A stretch of DNA of 64,000 nucleotides from Paraspadella gotoi (GCA_051294375.1 CM119269.1:18340471-18404470); one strand, 5' to 3'; shown: positions 38,575 to 50,618, counted from the stretch's first letter. A program made the numbers and translations. Notes: generated by a model from the letters alone, not told the origin.

Positions 38575-39520
38575 TCCTACGAATAATCTTTTATATCGCA
38601 ATAAGTACCCGTTCATCGAGCCTCGAACGGAAGATTCTCGATCTGCACGCTTCAATTCTTCGGGACTTGCTGTGGCAAGTTTGCGCAGATCGATAAAAAG
38701 ATACGGAAAGGAGCGTGGGTGTGAAGTAGTTTGCCTAAGGTTGTCCACGTAAGATTCTATAGAAAAGTTTGTTTTTTCGGGAAAGTAGTCTTGTCCGACG
38801 CGAGAGTTTTGGAAATATTGATCGGTCTCTTTGGAAATTTTGTTAAAACGGGTAACCTCGTAATTTAAAACATTAATCTAGGGAACTGGGGTTTTGTCTC
38901 GATATAAAGATTGTGTACGATGAAGATGCAGCTTAATTTCTGTTAAAAAAATATTATTTCTATGTGTAGTAAAATAGTATACAATGATTTAAATACTTAA
39001 TAGTATTAATAACGCTGCGACAACCTACCGAGTGGTGGTAATAGTGACTCCGGAAATATTCTCCTTGACATAGAGAGAAAAATCGACTCGGTCTTCCCCA
39101 TGTCAGTCGCATAACAGAAGAACTGTTATGGCCGTTTGAGCGAGCATACCAGTCGACCTTAGACGTCGGTCGTAGGCGGTCCTTGAAGAAAGAATAGCCG
39201 CCGAGGGAAAAGTTTTGTGGAGTTGTAATTGTGGTGCACCATCCCCGCTTGCGTAACAATAGTCTAATATTTTTTTAAAGGGGTTACGTACCGACGATGT
39301 CTTCCGAGGAGGCGTGTTTAATAAGAACGTGTCGAAGCAAAATGTCGTCTTACCTAAAGATGAAATTTTTTTATTTACTCGATTTTTTATATTCGTATAA
39401 TGATAATTCGTATTTTAAACCGCTGGTTACTGGACGCGCCTCGCGTACTAATCATAGAAAGAGAGAGATTGTATATTTTAAGGGATTTATAAAGTTTTGT
39501 TCTCAGAATACAGATCACAT
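38570..39520 (-). CDS. A32/FtsK-like DNA packaging ATPase of Polinton type; 3 exons, frameshifted as assembled
   Basis: Reconstructed motifs in order: FSMI..GAS(x)SG/KTTFCF (Walker A, split by intron), PFKKILDYCY, LFFLQGPP, LLLCD(D)M (Walker B), YYHHS/KLSCIFIVHNLY (cf. SHHxNxSxxxIxQNL), KFP(R)D, RVGQDYFPEKTNFSIESYVD, FPYLFIDL..PEELKR. Probable ATG at 39520. ORF-track pieces 38500..38748 and 38960..39259 are fragments of this gene. Confidence 0.9.
38940..39028 (-). other. Predicted spliceosomal intron 2 of the ATPase (89 nt)
   Basis: Minus strand reads CAC CAC TCG|GTAGGTTG...ATTTTTTTAACAG|AAA TTA AGC TGC. Removing it restores HHSKLSCIFIVHNLY with the A32 motif spacing. Confidence 0.8.
39354..39420 (-). 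other. Predicted spliceosomal intron 1 of the ATPase (67 nt), inside the Walker A glycine codon
   Basis: Minus strand reads AGC G|GTTTAAAATAC...TTTCATCTTTAG|GT AAG ACG ACA. Removing it gives S-G-K-T-T. The intron is much more AT-rich than the flanking exons. Confidence 0.8.
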
Positions 39521-39560
39521 TTTTTTTTTTTTTTTACAGAAGAGGGCCAACGAAAAAACG

Positions 39561-41110
39561 ATGTTAAGTGACGAGCAAACGCGACGACAGTAATTTGAAC
39601 CGCTGGGCGACGACTAATGGTTAGCGGTAAACTTCGTCGCGCTTATAAAATTACCGGTGTGATTGCGCCAGGTTTGGGCGACTGCGAAACAGATGGACGG
39701 AAGCTAGTTTACATGGGCCATAATGGGGTCGATAATACTTATAATGAGATGAGAAACAATTATAGGACTATTATTTCAGCCCGACCAACCTAGGGAAGAA
39801 ATGTATCACAGTAGTTTAGGCTATGAGTGTTTTTTTTAAAGATAAAGAAAATAAAAAAGAAAAAACGGAGAAGAGAGTAATGCAAATCGCTTATTATATC
39901 AAATGTATTAGAGAAAGGTTATATAAAAAAGACAAAAGGAGAGGGTAAACGAATCGCGATATTAAGTAGAAGAGATAAAGGAAAAAATTGAAAATGATTA
40001 GAAGTCAAAAACAAGAAGTGCAAGGAGATGGTCGTGATGAATGGAGCAGAGGAAGTGTTTGTGTTCCTTCGAAATAAACGTTTAACCACGATTTCAATTT
40101 ACGTAAAGAACAACCGGCGGAAAATAGAATTGTTTATCAAAAGCGCAAAGTAAAGGGGGACAAGAAGCGGAAAATGATGCTAAAAAATGGTTGAAAAGGC
40201 CTTGCAAACTATCGTAAAAAAGATAACCGCGCATGGCAAACTAATTCTATAAATACCGTTAAAATTAAAGATGGAGAAGTGAAATGTCGAAGAAACAAAG
40301 GATGTTAGTGGTATGGAAATTTGCGGGAATGACAAACCGGAATGGTAGATTGTGAATACAGACAAGAGGACGGCAAGAAATTGTCGAAATTATCATGCGT
40401 TTCTGATAGTGAACTGATAATTAGCGAGAGGAAGAGAAAAGAAAAAGAGGGAAAGAGGGAAGAGGTCATTAGTATACAGCGACCAAGAAATGTTTTGTAA
40501 GGTTAAAAAAATTTTGGAAACTAATACTATATTATGCCGTTGTGTCTTTGATTTGCTCTTTATCTATTTAAAAAACTAAATATCTAAGGTAAATCAATCA
40601 TATATTTTTTTACTTTTTAAACTTTGATAATAAGGAGGAGAATAGCGATATGTAGTTTTAGTGGGGTGTATTGTTTTTGGTATTGTAACCATAACTAGTT
40701 TTATTAAACAAATAAATTTCTCGTTCTTTTTAGAAAACGATTCTTACTGGATGGATGAAGATTTGGAAAGTATTATTTTGAGATGGAATATTTAAAGTTA
40801 ACATCGAGGTGAGTGAATTTTAAAATATTAAAAATGTAAAGCATTCTTATAAGCCTAAGTAATGCACGATAACTCTTAATTTTTTGCTCGTAATGTAATT
40901 TGTTTTTTCGCAAATTTGAATGTTATAATAAGTTTAGCAAAAAACCATTATTTAAATACGTTGTCCTTTTTTTTTGCTTCGCAGGGATTTGAGTTTGTGG
41001 ACCGTGCGATATATCGAATTGAGAAAATTGATTGTAACTGTCACTTCTTTATTCATAAAGCCCTTTGCTTTTTTAGTCTTATTTCGCTGTGTGTTCAAAC
41101 TAATTATTAA
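39561..41110 (+). CDS. Divergent, probably multi-exon gene with an N-terminal integrase-type zinc-binding (H2C2-like) motif and a Lys/Glu-rich body
   Basis: MLSDEQ...KLRRAYKI...DGRKLVYMGHNGVDNTYNEMRNNY resembles the GHxGxxxTxxxxxxxY pattern. Candidate introns at 40589-40733 (AAG|GTAAAT...TTTTTAG) and 40809-40984 (GAG|GTGAGT...TTCGCAG). No DDE core seen. Confidence 0.4.
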
Positions 41111-41514
41111 ATAGTTTTGTCAATTTTGTTTAGATTACCATCGAGATATGGTATTTTACTATTGATTATGAATAGAATACTGTCATTCGTGATTACGCTT
41201 GGTCTATTTTGTTTTACTTGTTATGTGCGTGTGTGTCTTGAAAGGAAACTAACTAAATGTCACGTTGAACCTAAGGTTGAAGTGGTTTGTTTAGAAAAGT
41301 TGAGGTTGAGATAAAAACAAATATTTTCTTTCGTTCTACCTTTTTTGCTTTCACAAAACGCTTCTATTCATAATAGATAAGCTGTCGATTATTTAGTATA
41401 GAATTAAGAACAGGAATACAACAAATTGAGAATATTGTTTATTCTATTTTAAGGCAGAGTTTGCGCAGTTTTAAAAAAGAACCGAGCTGAGAAATGTAAA
41501 ACCTAGAATTCAAG

Positions 41515-41677
41515 GTGACCCCGAACCGAAAAGTGACCCAGACCGGAAAAATGAACCGGAACAGGAAGTGGCCGGAACCGGAAGTGAACCTGGAACCGGA
41601 AAGTGACCAGAACCGGAAGGTGGCCGGAACCGGAAGTGACCGGAAGCCGGAAGTGGGCCGGAACCTGGAAAGTGACC
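41515..41677 (+). repeat. Tandem array of about 10 imperfect 16-bp units (ACCGGAAGTGRCCGGA) carrying ETS/GABP-type CCGGAAGTG motifs; probable sub-terminal repeat of the Polinton
   Basis: Directly visible repeats such as ccggaaccggaagtga and ccggaagccggaagtg. No other array of this unit occurs in the window. Confidence 0.8.
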
Positions 41678-41689
41678 TAATCTAATAAT

Positions 41690-41815
41690 AGATTGATGAC
41701 GGTCATCAGATTGGAATGTTGAATGACGTCATCATATTATCTATAAAATATATTGATGACGTCATCGATTGGATATGTTGAATGAAACCGTCCATCACTC
41801 CTGAAACCGGAAGTT
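41690..41815. promoter_or_regulatory. Duplicated ~60-bp module with CRE/ATF palindromes, ATTGG (CCAAT) boxes and a TATA-like element
   Basis: TGACGTCA at 41724-41731, GATGACGTCATC at 41755-41766 and a near-copy at 41695-41707. GATTGG follows two of them. TATAAAA at about 41742 and a further CCGGAAGT at about 41807. Confidence 0.55.
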
Positions 41816-42024
41816 GGCTCTAGAAGGTTACCTTATTCTATCTCTCNNNNNNNNNNNNNNNNNNNNNNNNNAGAAGCTAAAGAAAAACATAGAAGATGAG
41901 TAATTGTCCTTCAGAGATTTCGACTTCGCTCCGCTCGATCGTTTCGCTTTTCGCTGAGGGAGAGGGGGAGAGGGACGGGGGAGAGAGAGAAGGAAAGAGA
42001 GGGAGAAGGAAAGAGAGGGAGCGA

Positions 42025-42192
42025 GAAAGGAAGGAAGGAAGAAAGGAAAGAAGGAAGCAAAGCGAGGAAGGAAGGAAGAAAGGAAAGAAGGAAGCAAAGC
42101 GAGGAAGGAAGGAAGAAAGGAAAGAAGGAAGCAAAGCGAGGAAGGAAGGAAGAAAGGAAAGAAGGAAGCAAAGCGAGGAAGGAAGGAAGAAA
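42025..42192 (+). repeat. 37-bp purine-rich tandem repeat, about 4.5 units
   Basis: caaagcgagg recurs at 42058, 42095, 42132 and 42169. Confidence 0.9.
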
Positions 42193-42282
42193 TGAAAGAG
42201 GAGAAAGAGCGAACCGAGAGAAAGTGATTGAGGACCAGGAGAGGAGGAAAAATTAAGGCATAAAGAAATGTTTGATTGATTG

Positions 42283-42357
<75 letters not shown>

Positions 42358-44429
42358 TGTTTGAATTGATTGTTTAATGGATTGATTGATTGTATGATTG
42401 ATTTGTTGTTAAATCTCTCAGCAACGGCTAGGAAATTTCTTTCTCTCACGTTCCGACAACCTTTCTCGCTGATCGCACAATTCCCCACCTCACCCTTACC
42501 GGAATATTTTCCGGCGTCCGGCGTCCGGCGACCCACCCCCGGCCGTTTCGCAAACCCTCCGGCGGCCGAGAAATTTGCGCGGGTATTTTGTCGGGAAAAC
42601 GACGTCCGTTCGGGTGGAATCTTGTTTATATCAGGTAAAAGGAATTTTGGCCGAAATCACCGACCAGAGAAAAACTTGGATTCGACACGCGTTATTCGAG
42701 ACGCCATAAAAAAAAAAATGTTTTTAAAACGCAAGTTAAAGCGGGCGATAGAAGGTGTTTATGATAACGTATTATTATGTTAAAGGGTTATCAGAAGTAA
42801 CAGTTGAACTGTTGTTTTAGTTTGTTGCTGATCGTCGGGCCGGTTTTTGGGTCGTGATTAGAGATTTTCTCAAGACTACTGAAGAAAGAATCTAATTGTA
42901 TGACAAATGTATTAAACATTGTACGAGTACGTCAAAATAGATGTGGCATGAGTTGTGATAAAAATCAGGCAAGGAGCACAGTGAGGTGTGAGTAAGAGAA
43001 ACAGCCGGTGACTGTGACGCGTTCAAGATTCTCCGAAGGAGAGAGAGATCCAGAGATGAGACTCTGGGTTGGGAAGAGGAGGAGGAGTGAGGAGGAGGAG
43101 GAGCCGGAGGGAGGAAGGAAAAAAATCAATATTAACAAGAACGGAGGAAAAAAGCGAGAAGAAGATGAACGAAGAAAGACGACAAAATAAAGAACATAGA
43201 AGATGAAATGAAGAACAGAGAAGTTGAAATGAAGAACAATTACGCTGATTGATGAGTCGGAAAGGAGAAGTTGAAAGGATAACAAGGAAAAGAGGAAAGT
43301 GATGAATTCGTTGATAGGGAAGAATATAATGAAAAGATGACGATGAAGGTAAGAAAAATGGAGGAAAGTGAATCTTAAAGTTGAACACGAGTAATATAAT
43401 GAATATATTACTTGTAAATTTAAATGAGGAAAAGGGGTTAAAGGTTAGGGCTGAGAGAACTGGAAATATAAATATAAATTAAGACGTCATTTCTAGTCGA
43501 CGCTAAGAAGATATAAAGGAGAACAAAAATACATTAAAGATTTAGAAGTGAGAAAAAAGGAAAAGGAGCAGAGATGAGTCAAAAAATGGGAAGGAAGATC
43601 AGGAGAAAGACGAACAGAAGAAAAAGATAAAAAAAAAGAACAAGAAGAGGAGAATAGAGGAAATAAGAAGAAAATAGGAGAAACGTTGACGGCCAATAAT
43701 GAATAATGAAAGATGAAAAAAAAAACAGGAAGAAAATGAAGAGCACGATGAAGAAAAAGAAGAAGAAGAAATAAGAAGAAAAAAATATGAAGCCGACGAA
43801 GACGAAGAACCGAAGAAAATGGAGCAGAAGAGGAAAAAATCCCTTGAACGAGAAAAAAACGCGGAAGGAGTGAAGAGCGAAAAAAAGAAAGATGAGGAGG
43901 GAGAAGGAGGAAGAGGAGGAGGGGGTGAGAGAAGAGGAAGAGGAGGAGAAAGGCGTAACGCAAAAGACGCAGCGTACGTGCGCGTGAAACGTACGTGACA
44001 AAGTTTCCGAAGAAGAAAAAAACAAAGAGGGAGAAAAAGGGAGAGAGGAGAGAGATAAGATAGACATCGGCGAGACAGAGAGGAAGATTAAAGTTGATTA
44101 ATAAAAAGAAATTCGTAAAGTTAAATAAAGCAAAAAGCTTCGAGAAAACGTAAAGGTTTAATAAAAAGGGCATTAAATGCGGAAAAGATAAGAAGAGGAC
44201 AATTTATTAAAAATTTAAATGTGAGGAATTAAAAGTGATTATCGAGACGAAGTAGAACATAAAATATGGAAACGGAGGTTGAACGAAAAAAAAGAGGAAA
44301 AAAAACAACCAAAATGGAAAAGAAAAATGTGAAAGAAACTTACCGAATGACTAACTGGGAGGGAGGGAGAGGGAAGAGGGAGAGAGAGAGAGAAGAGAGA
44401 GAGAGAAAGAGATGAGAGGTAGAAGAAAG

Positions 44430-47400
44430 TCGTTAATGAAAGGAAACTTTAAAAATTAGCAAACATTTTTCGTAATCAGAGAGGATAGATGAGAAATGGC
44501 GGAACGGTTGCCGTTTGAGATCATGTTTCTCGGGAGATGATGAAATTTCTGCATTACGAATGCATAGCTCAAAGACGCGTTCGTATACGTGCGTGACGCA
44601 ACGTGACGCACTCTTGAGACGCTCGTGTCACGCGATCTACCGATTTCGAGTCGAAGATGGCGTTGCTGTAATGAAGCGACTATTTCTGAGGCGGAGATGC
44701 GAGAAAAAATCGACAGAAATGGATGGAGAAATGAAAAAAAATTGATAGGATCGTAAAAATAGAAAAAAAAAAGAATATAAAAAAAATGATGACAAAATTG
44801 TATACCTGTTTAAAAAATTATAAACAAATATAGCCTATTAGGAAATAGAAACATAAAGTCTAATAATAAGGCGGGGAAAAGTAACAAGGACAAAACGTAA
44901 GAAACAGTGATTCCAATGTGTTTGCCGCAGATCCGCAGATCCGACATTTGTTTGCTAAAACTTGTTTTCTGCTAAACACAATGAGCGATTATATGCATAA
45001 TTTTTAACGTAAGTGGGACAGACCGACGGACAGACATACCGACAGACAGACAGAACGAGAACTCAGAACGCGAAGTTAGCTAATACAAAGATGACTGTCC
45101 TCTGGCGAGTACTCGAGCGTCGCAATCTAAATAGATTACACCTAGATGGTTTAGCTCTTTTCGCTAAGACTTCGACGTTAGTAAACATGTAAAGAAAATT
45201 GAGAAATGGGATAGAGGGAAGACGAGGAGGAGAGAGAAGAGTAAGAGAGAGAGAGAGAGAGTATGAGAAGAGGAGAAGAGAGAGAGAGTCATAAAGAGGA
45301 GAGAGTGGAAGGCAACGGTAAAAGCAAGAAGAGTACGAAAATGAACACGCATTTTGTGGCGAGAGAGGAATGACGTAGAACGGCGAGGGAAAGGGAAAGA
45401 ATAAATTGATAAAAACGATAAACAAAAGAAAATAAAAAAATGAATAAAAACGAGAATAAAATGGAATAATAAAAGAATATAAAAGAACAAGGGAAAAGGG
45501 AAAAGGAAAAAAAGTCATCAAACAGCGTAAAGATAACAGAATACGAAGAAAAAATATAAAATTAAAAAAAAAAATGGAAAAAAGCGTAGAAAGAGAATCG
45601 ATTAACAATAATATCGTTGGTGTTAATTGGAGTCCGAGGCCTGTATTTTGGATTAATCACGTAAAGTCCCTGAGGTTCTATACGATCGTGAATTGCGTAG
45701 AGGCATTTTATACAGGGCGCGATACCAGCCATGGGGGGAGAGGGGGTGGAGAGAGCCCGGGGGGAGGAGGAGGAGGGGAGGGGCTGGGGTGAGTGGCGCG
45801 GGGGGAGGGACGGACGAGAGCGAGGGGCGGAAACACGAGGAGATTATGACCCGCGAATCAAATCTAACAAAAGAGAATCTTTTGAGAATGTGAACGAAAG
45901 AAAGAAAGAGAGAGAATAAAGGAAAGAGACTATGAAAGATAGAGAATCAATAGTTTAAAAAATTGATCTTGAGTAATTAAATAAATAGGCCTTGATCGAT
46001 ATACGAGTGTTGATATATACTTGAAGAACCCGTCAGGGTAAAAAATGATACCTTGTCTGTCCGAGTCAATCTTGCGCGAGCACTCTTGGGGACGAACGAA
46101 AGAAAAATCGTGACTCGGAATTTTTTCCAAAAGGTCATAAATCGACGAGAAAAAATTTTTGGCTGAAAGAGAAAGCACAAAGCGAGAAAGACAAATAAGC
46201 GGGACCTGCCTCTGCGCGCCGTAAAGGTAGTCGTATCGGGCAGAAAAGCCGAGAGAACAGAGAGAGAGAGAAGAGAGAGAGAGTATGCGAGAGAGAAGTC
46301 AAGGAGAGGAAGAGAGAGAGAGAGAGAGAGAGGGAGAAAGACCAAGACAGCGTGCAACAGGCCATTTGACAAAATGAAAAAAAACCCGACAAGTTCTCGA
46401 CAGGACGAATACAAAACAAAAGCATAAAAACGGAACGCAAACGGAAAATTTGAAACAAATAAAGAAAGACATTAAAAGAAAGCAAGAAAAGGGAAAAAGA
46501 AAAAAAATAAATATAACGGGGAGAAAAAGGAAAGACAAGAGGCAGAAGAGAAGAAAGGAAAAAGGTTAATGGAGGAGTAAGAATCTGGCCGGAAGAAAGA
46601 AGAATAAAATTGAGCACCGAAGAGAGGAAATGTGAAAGAGAAGAGAAGAGAGTGATGAGAAAGAGAGAATGATTTGGAGGAGAAGAGAGATCGGTCGGGA
46701 TGCAGGAGGAGAGTACGTAGACATGGAGATTGAGAAGAGAGTATCTACATTCGAGACTCCAGGAGGACAAAGAAAAAGATACTGACCTCTGAGAAAAGAT
46801 ATTAGAGATTAGGAAGCAGGGGAGTTCGTCAAAATATATACCAGGGATCCACCTAAAATACGTAGATTTCAAATTGAGTCTAAGGAGACCCGTGCCAGAC
46901 GCAGCGATGACCATTTGACCAATTAGACCAATCGGCGATGCGGATTCGTTTTTTGAGTCTTCGTAAATTTGATCAAATGGGACAACGATCGACAGCCAGG
47001 CTTGCGGACTTTGGTGAAAGAACTACAAAAGTGATATTTTTTTTTTTACTCGGATTTCAAGGTTTGAAATGTTGTTATTTTTTTAAGCTTGTAAGAACAA
47101 TTAGAAATTCTATTAGGACGGGCATAGTTTCCGGTTACCCGTAATTCGCGGACGCGACGAGACTGTATTCTTTACCCAGACCGCAGATGAATGAGGGTCA
47201 AGCCCATCCTGATAAGTATAGGAAGGTCAGAGAGAGAGAGAGAGAGAGAGTAGGAGAGAGAGAGAGAGAGAGGAATGCCGTGAGAGCAGTGAGCCTGACA
47301 GATAGAGCAGAAGAGCAGAAGAGAGAGAAGAGAGAGAGAGAGAGGATATAAAACACTGACGGCGACTGTGCCAGAGAAGAAGCAGTAACAAAACGTTCCG

Positions 47401-50400
47401 GGCAAAAAAAATTTAACAAAAGGAAAATGAAGGTAGATCAAATTTGAATCTTTGACACCAGAAAATTTATGCTATAAGAAAGTAAATTCAGTAAACTTGG
47501 CTAGAAAGTTCTTCGACTAGCTGGACACTTTTATTTATTTACGTACAGTTTTCACAAAAGAAAAAAATATAGTTTGAGGCGTTCCCAAAAAAATCTTATG
47601 AGCAAATAAATTTGAAGTTTAAGTTGAATAGCGGAAATAATTTGTAACAAAACAATTGTTTGAAGTTTTTTCTTCCCTAAAAATGATTTTCAGATTACGA
47701 CTTTTAAAAATTAAAAATAAAGAAATCGGATTCTCTCCGACACGCGTTATTCGAGAGCGCGCAAAAAAAATGTTTTTTAAAACGCAAGTTAAAGAGGGCG
47801 ATAGAAGGTTGTTTATGATAACGTTTATTATTATTTAAAGGGTTATGCAAAGTACAGTTGTAAGCTGTTGTTTTATTGTTTGGCTGATCGTCGGGCGGTT
47901 TTTGGTCGTGATTAGAGATTTTCTCAGACTACTGAACGAAGAATCGTAATTGTATGACAAAGTGTTATTAAACATTGTAGCGAGTACGTCAAAATAGATG
48001 ATGGCATGAGTTGTGTAAAAATCACAAGGAGCACAGTGAGGTGTGAGTAAGGCGAAACTAGGCGGTGACTGTTGACGCGTTCAAGATTCTCGAAGGAGGA
48101 GAGAGATGCGGCAGAGATGGACTCTGGTTGGGAAGAGGAGGAGGAGAGGAGGAGGGAGGAGGAGGAGGGAGGAAAAGGAAAAAACATAATTAACAAGAAC
48201 GGAGGAAAAAGGCGAAGAAGAGATGAACGGAAGGAAGAGACGACAATAAAGAACATAGAGATGAATGAATGAACGGAGAAGATGAAATGAAGAACATTCG
48301 ATGAATTGATGAGTCGGAAAGAGAAGTTTGAAAGGATACAAGGAAAAGAGGAAAGTGATAGAATTCGTTGATAGGGAAGAATTAATGAAAAGATGACGTG
48401 AAGGTAGAAAAATGGAGGAAAGGAATCTTAAAGTTGAACCGAGTAATATAATGAATATATTACTTGTAAATTTAAATGTAGGAAAAGGGTAGTTTGTTAG
48501 GGGCTGAGAGAACTGGAGAATATAAAATAAAATAGACGTCCATTCTCAAGTCGAACGACTAAAGGATTAAAGGTGAACAAAAAGACATTAAGATTTAGAA
48601 CGGTGAGAAAAGGAAAAGGAGAGAGTGAGTCAAAAATGGGAAGGAAAGCATGCAGGAGAAAGACGATACAGAAGAAAAAGATAAAAAAAGAGAACAAGGA
48701 AAGAGGAGAATAAGAGAAATAAAAGAAGAAGAATAAGGAGAAACGTTTGACGCAATAATGAAAAATGAAAGATGAAAAAAAACAGGAAGAAAATGAAGAG
48801 CAGATGAAGAAAAAGAAGAAGAAGAAATAGAAGAAAAATATGAATGCGACGAAGAGCGAAGAACCGCGAGAAAATGGAGCAGAAGAAGGAAAAAATGCCT
48901 TGAACCGAGAAAAAAAACGCGGAAGGAGTGAAAGAGGAAAAAAGAAAGGATGAGGGAAGCAGGGAGAAGGAAGAGGAGGAGGAGGAGAAGAAAGGAGGAA
49001 GAGGAGGAGAAAGGTAGGCGTAACGCAAAAGACGGCACGGTACCGATGCGGCGTGAAACGACGTGACAAAGTGTCCGAAAAGAGAACGGAGAAGAGGGAG
49101 AGAGAGATAAGATAGACATCGCGAGACCAGAGGAGAAGAGCCGAGTATTGACAATTAAATTAAGGAAATCGTTCCAGCGGCGAAGCCTTTGAAGAAGACT
49201 GAAAAGATTCTTCCTTTGTTGATCGCTCGGTTTTGAAGCATCGATGGAGGGCGCGCAGTTGGTTGCGCATTAGGACGGCATGAGCGAGCATCAGGTGGGC
49301 GCTGAGATAGCGATGGGGGAGTAGGGTGAAGAAAGTTTATGTATGAAGGATGTTTGACTTGGATTGAGCGATTTTGGTAGAGACAAAATTCGATACTGTT
49401 GAAAATCGTCGGACGTAACTGATCGTTTTTATCAATAGCCGGAAACGGTTTAAAGTTTAAATCGTTGATGTAAACTTGTAATATCTAACTAAATTGGTGT
49501 ACTATTTCTTGGTCGATTACGGGCAGAAACATTCGTTATTGAGTCGCATTGGAAGAACCACCTGAATCCTGATACTGTACGGAACAAGCTCGGCGCTCAG
49601 ATGCGGACGCGGACTCCTGCGATTCGACTTTCAGCTCATTACCGAAAAAACAAAGAGCGTCGTCGTCATTGTACGTCGTCGCTCCATTGTCGTCGTCGTC
49701 ATTGATCGTCGTCCGTCATTGTCGTCAGTCCGTTCATTGCGTCGTCGGCGGCGGAAAGCGGAAGCGGCGTCGGCACAGCGGCGTCGACGGCTTTGGCAGT
49801 AAAAAGCGTTGCCATGGATACTTCACCGTTAATGTTTTTTTTTGCATATTTCAACAATATCTTCATTAAGTCATGATTAACAAGATCAAATTCATACATT
49901 TTTGAGAGCATAGAGAATCGCTTGGCGACGACACGACGGCGGCACACATCGGTGGCGCGTTGAAAGATGTCGGGTGGATTGGCAAAGACCTATGGAATGC
50001 AAAAAAGGTGGCATCGATGATGGGCAAAACTAAATGGATTGTGCGGCGACGAAAATGGCAAAAAAGTTAGCGCGACCATGGTGATGGCAAAAAAAAAAAG
50101 GTGAGCGCGACTGCATGGCACGGCTCAGTCATTGGCGTCCACAACTTATCAGATTATTGCAGGATATTGAAAAGAATTAAAAGGAAAGTCGGAGATTTTA
50201 TTCGTGCGAGAATCGTGATTCGCCCGTCGGGTTGTGTGGCGGAGGGGGGAGGCAAAAGGGGGGGAACTTCGAGTTAGGTGTTTATGGTGCGAAGGTCAAC
50301 GACGGTTTTTATGGGCAACGAACTTTTGGGCCGCAGAGGGAACGAATCGCAGATGTCGAGATTTCCGCAAACAAATGATAATATTTAGAGAATTTGAATT

Positions 50401-50585
50401 ATTTTTCTTTTAAAGGATTTTTTCTTCGGTGTTTTCTTCAAGTCGATGTGTGTGGGAGTTTAGCGATAAATTGTTCAACATATTTTAGTGGATTTTTTTT
50501 ATTGAGGACGGGGTTTTATGCTTATTAAGGGGAGGAGCGAAAAGAGTTGGGAGAGAGAGAGAGAAGAGAGAAGAGAGAGAGAGGT

Positions 50586-50618
<33 letters not shown>

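Larger units (their letters stand above)
31030..41846 (-). mobile_element. Polinton/Maverick (adintovirus-like) endogenous viral element, partial: no pPolB, protease or left terminus seen; core genes contain introns
   Basis: Single-copy island almost free of microsatellites. Hand translation gives co-oriented, tightly packed minus-strand genes with recognisable motifs for A32 ATPase, PW-like protein, rve integrase plus chromodomain, minor capsid, PZ-like protein and major capsid, in a Polinton-like order. The right end carries a repeat block and then a 25-N gap. The left boundary is fuzzy (about 31030-31120). Confidence 0.9.

Noticed and set aside
41515-41677. Short repeat array as a possible CRISPR
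   Set aside because: The units are directly tandem with no unique spacers, there are no cas genes, and the context is eukaryotic.
23680-42680. Inverted segment-D copies (23680-24360 and 41872-42680) as the Polinton TIRs
   Set aside because: Segment D has many other copies unrelated to the element. The right copy is across a 25-N gap and the left copy is more than 6 kb from the viral genes.
45725-45830. G-rich potential G-quadruplex insert
   Set aside because: It is absent from the inverted copy near 61760 and lies in noisy sequence, so it is probably read noise.
46680-47160. Possible retroelement fragment (EAGEFVKIY-like stretch)
   Set aside because: It is too short and interrupted, with no supporting RT, RNase H or integrase motifs.
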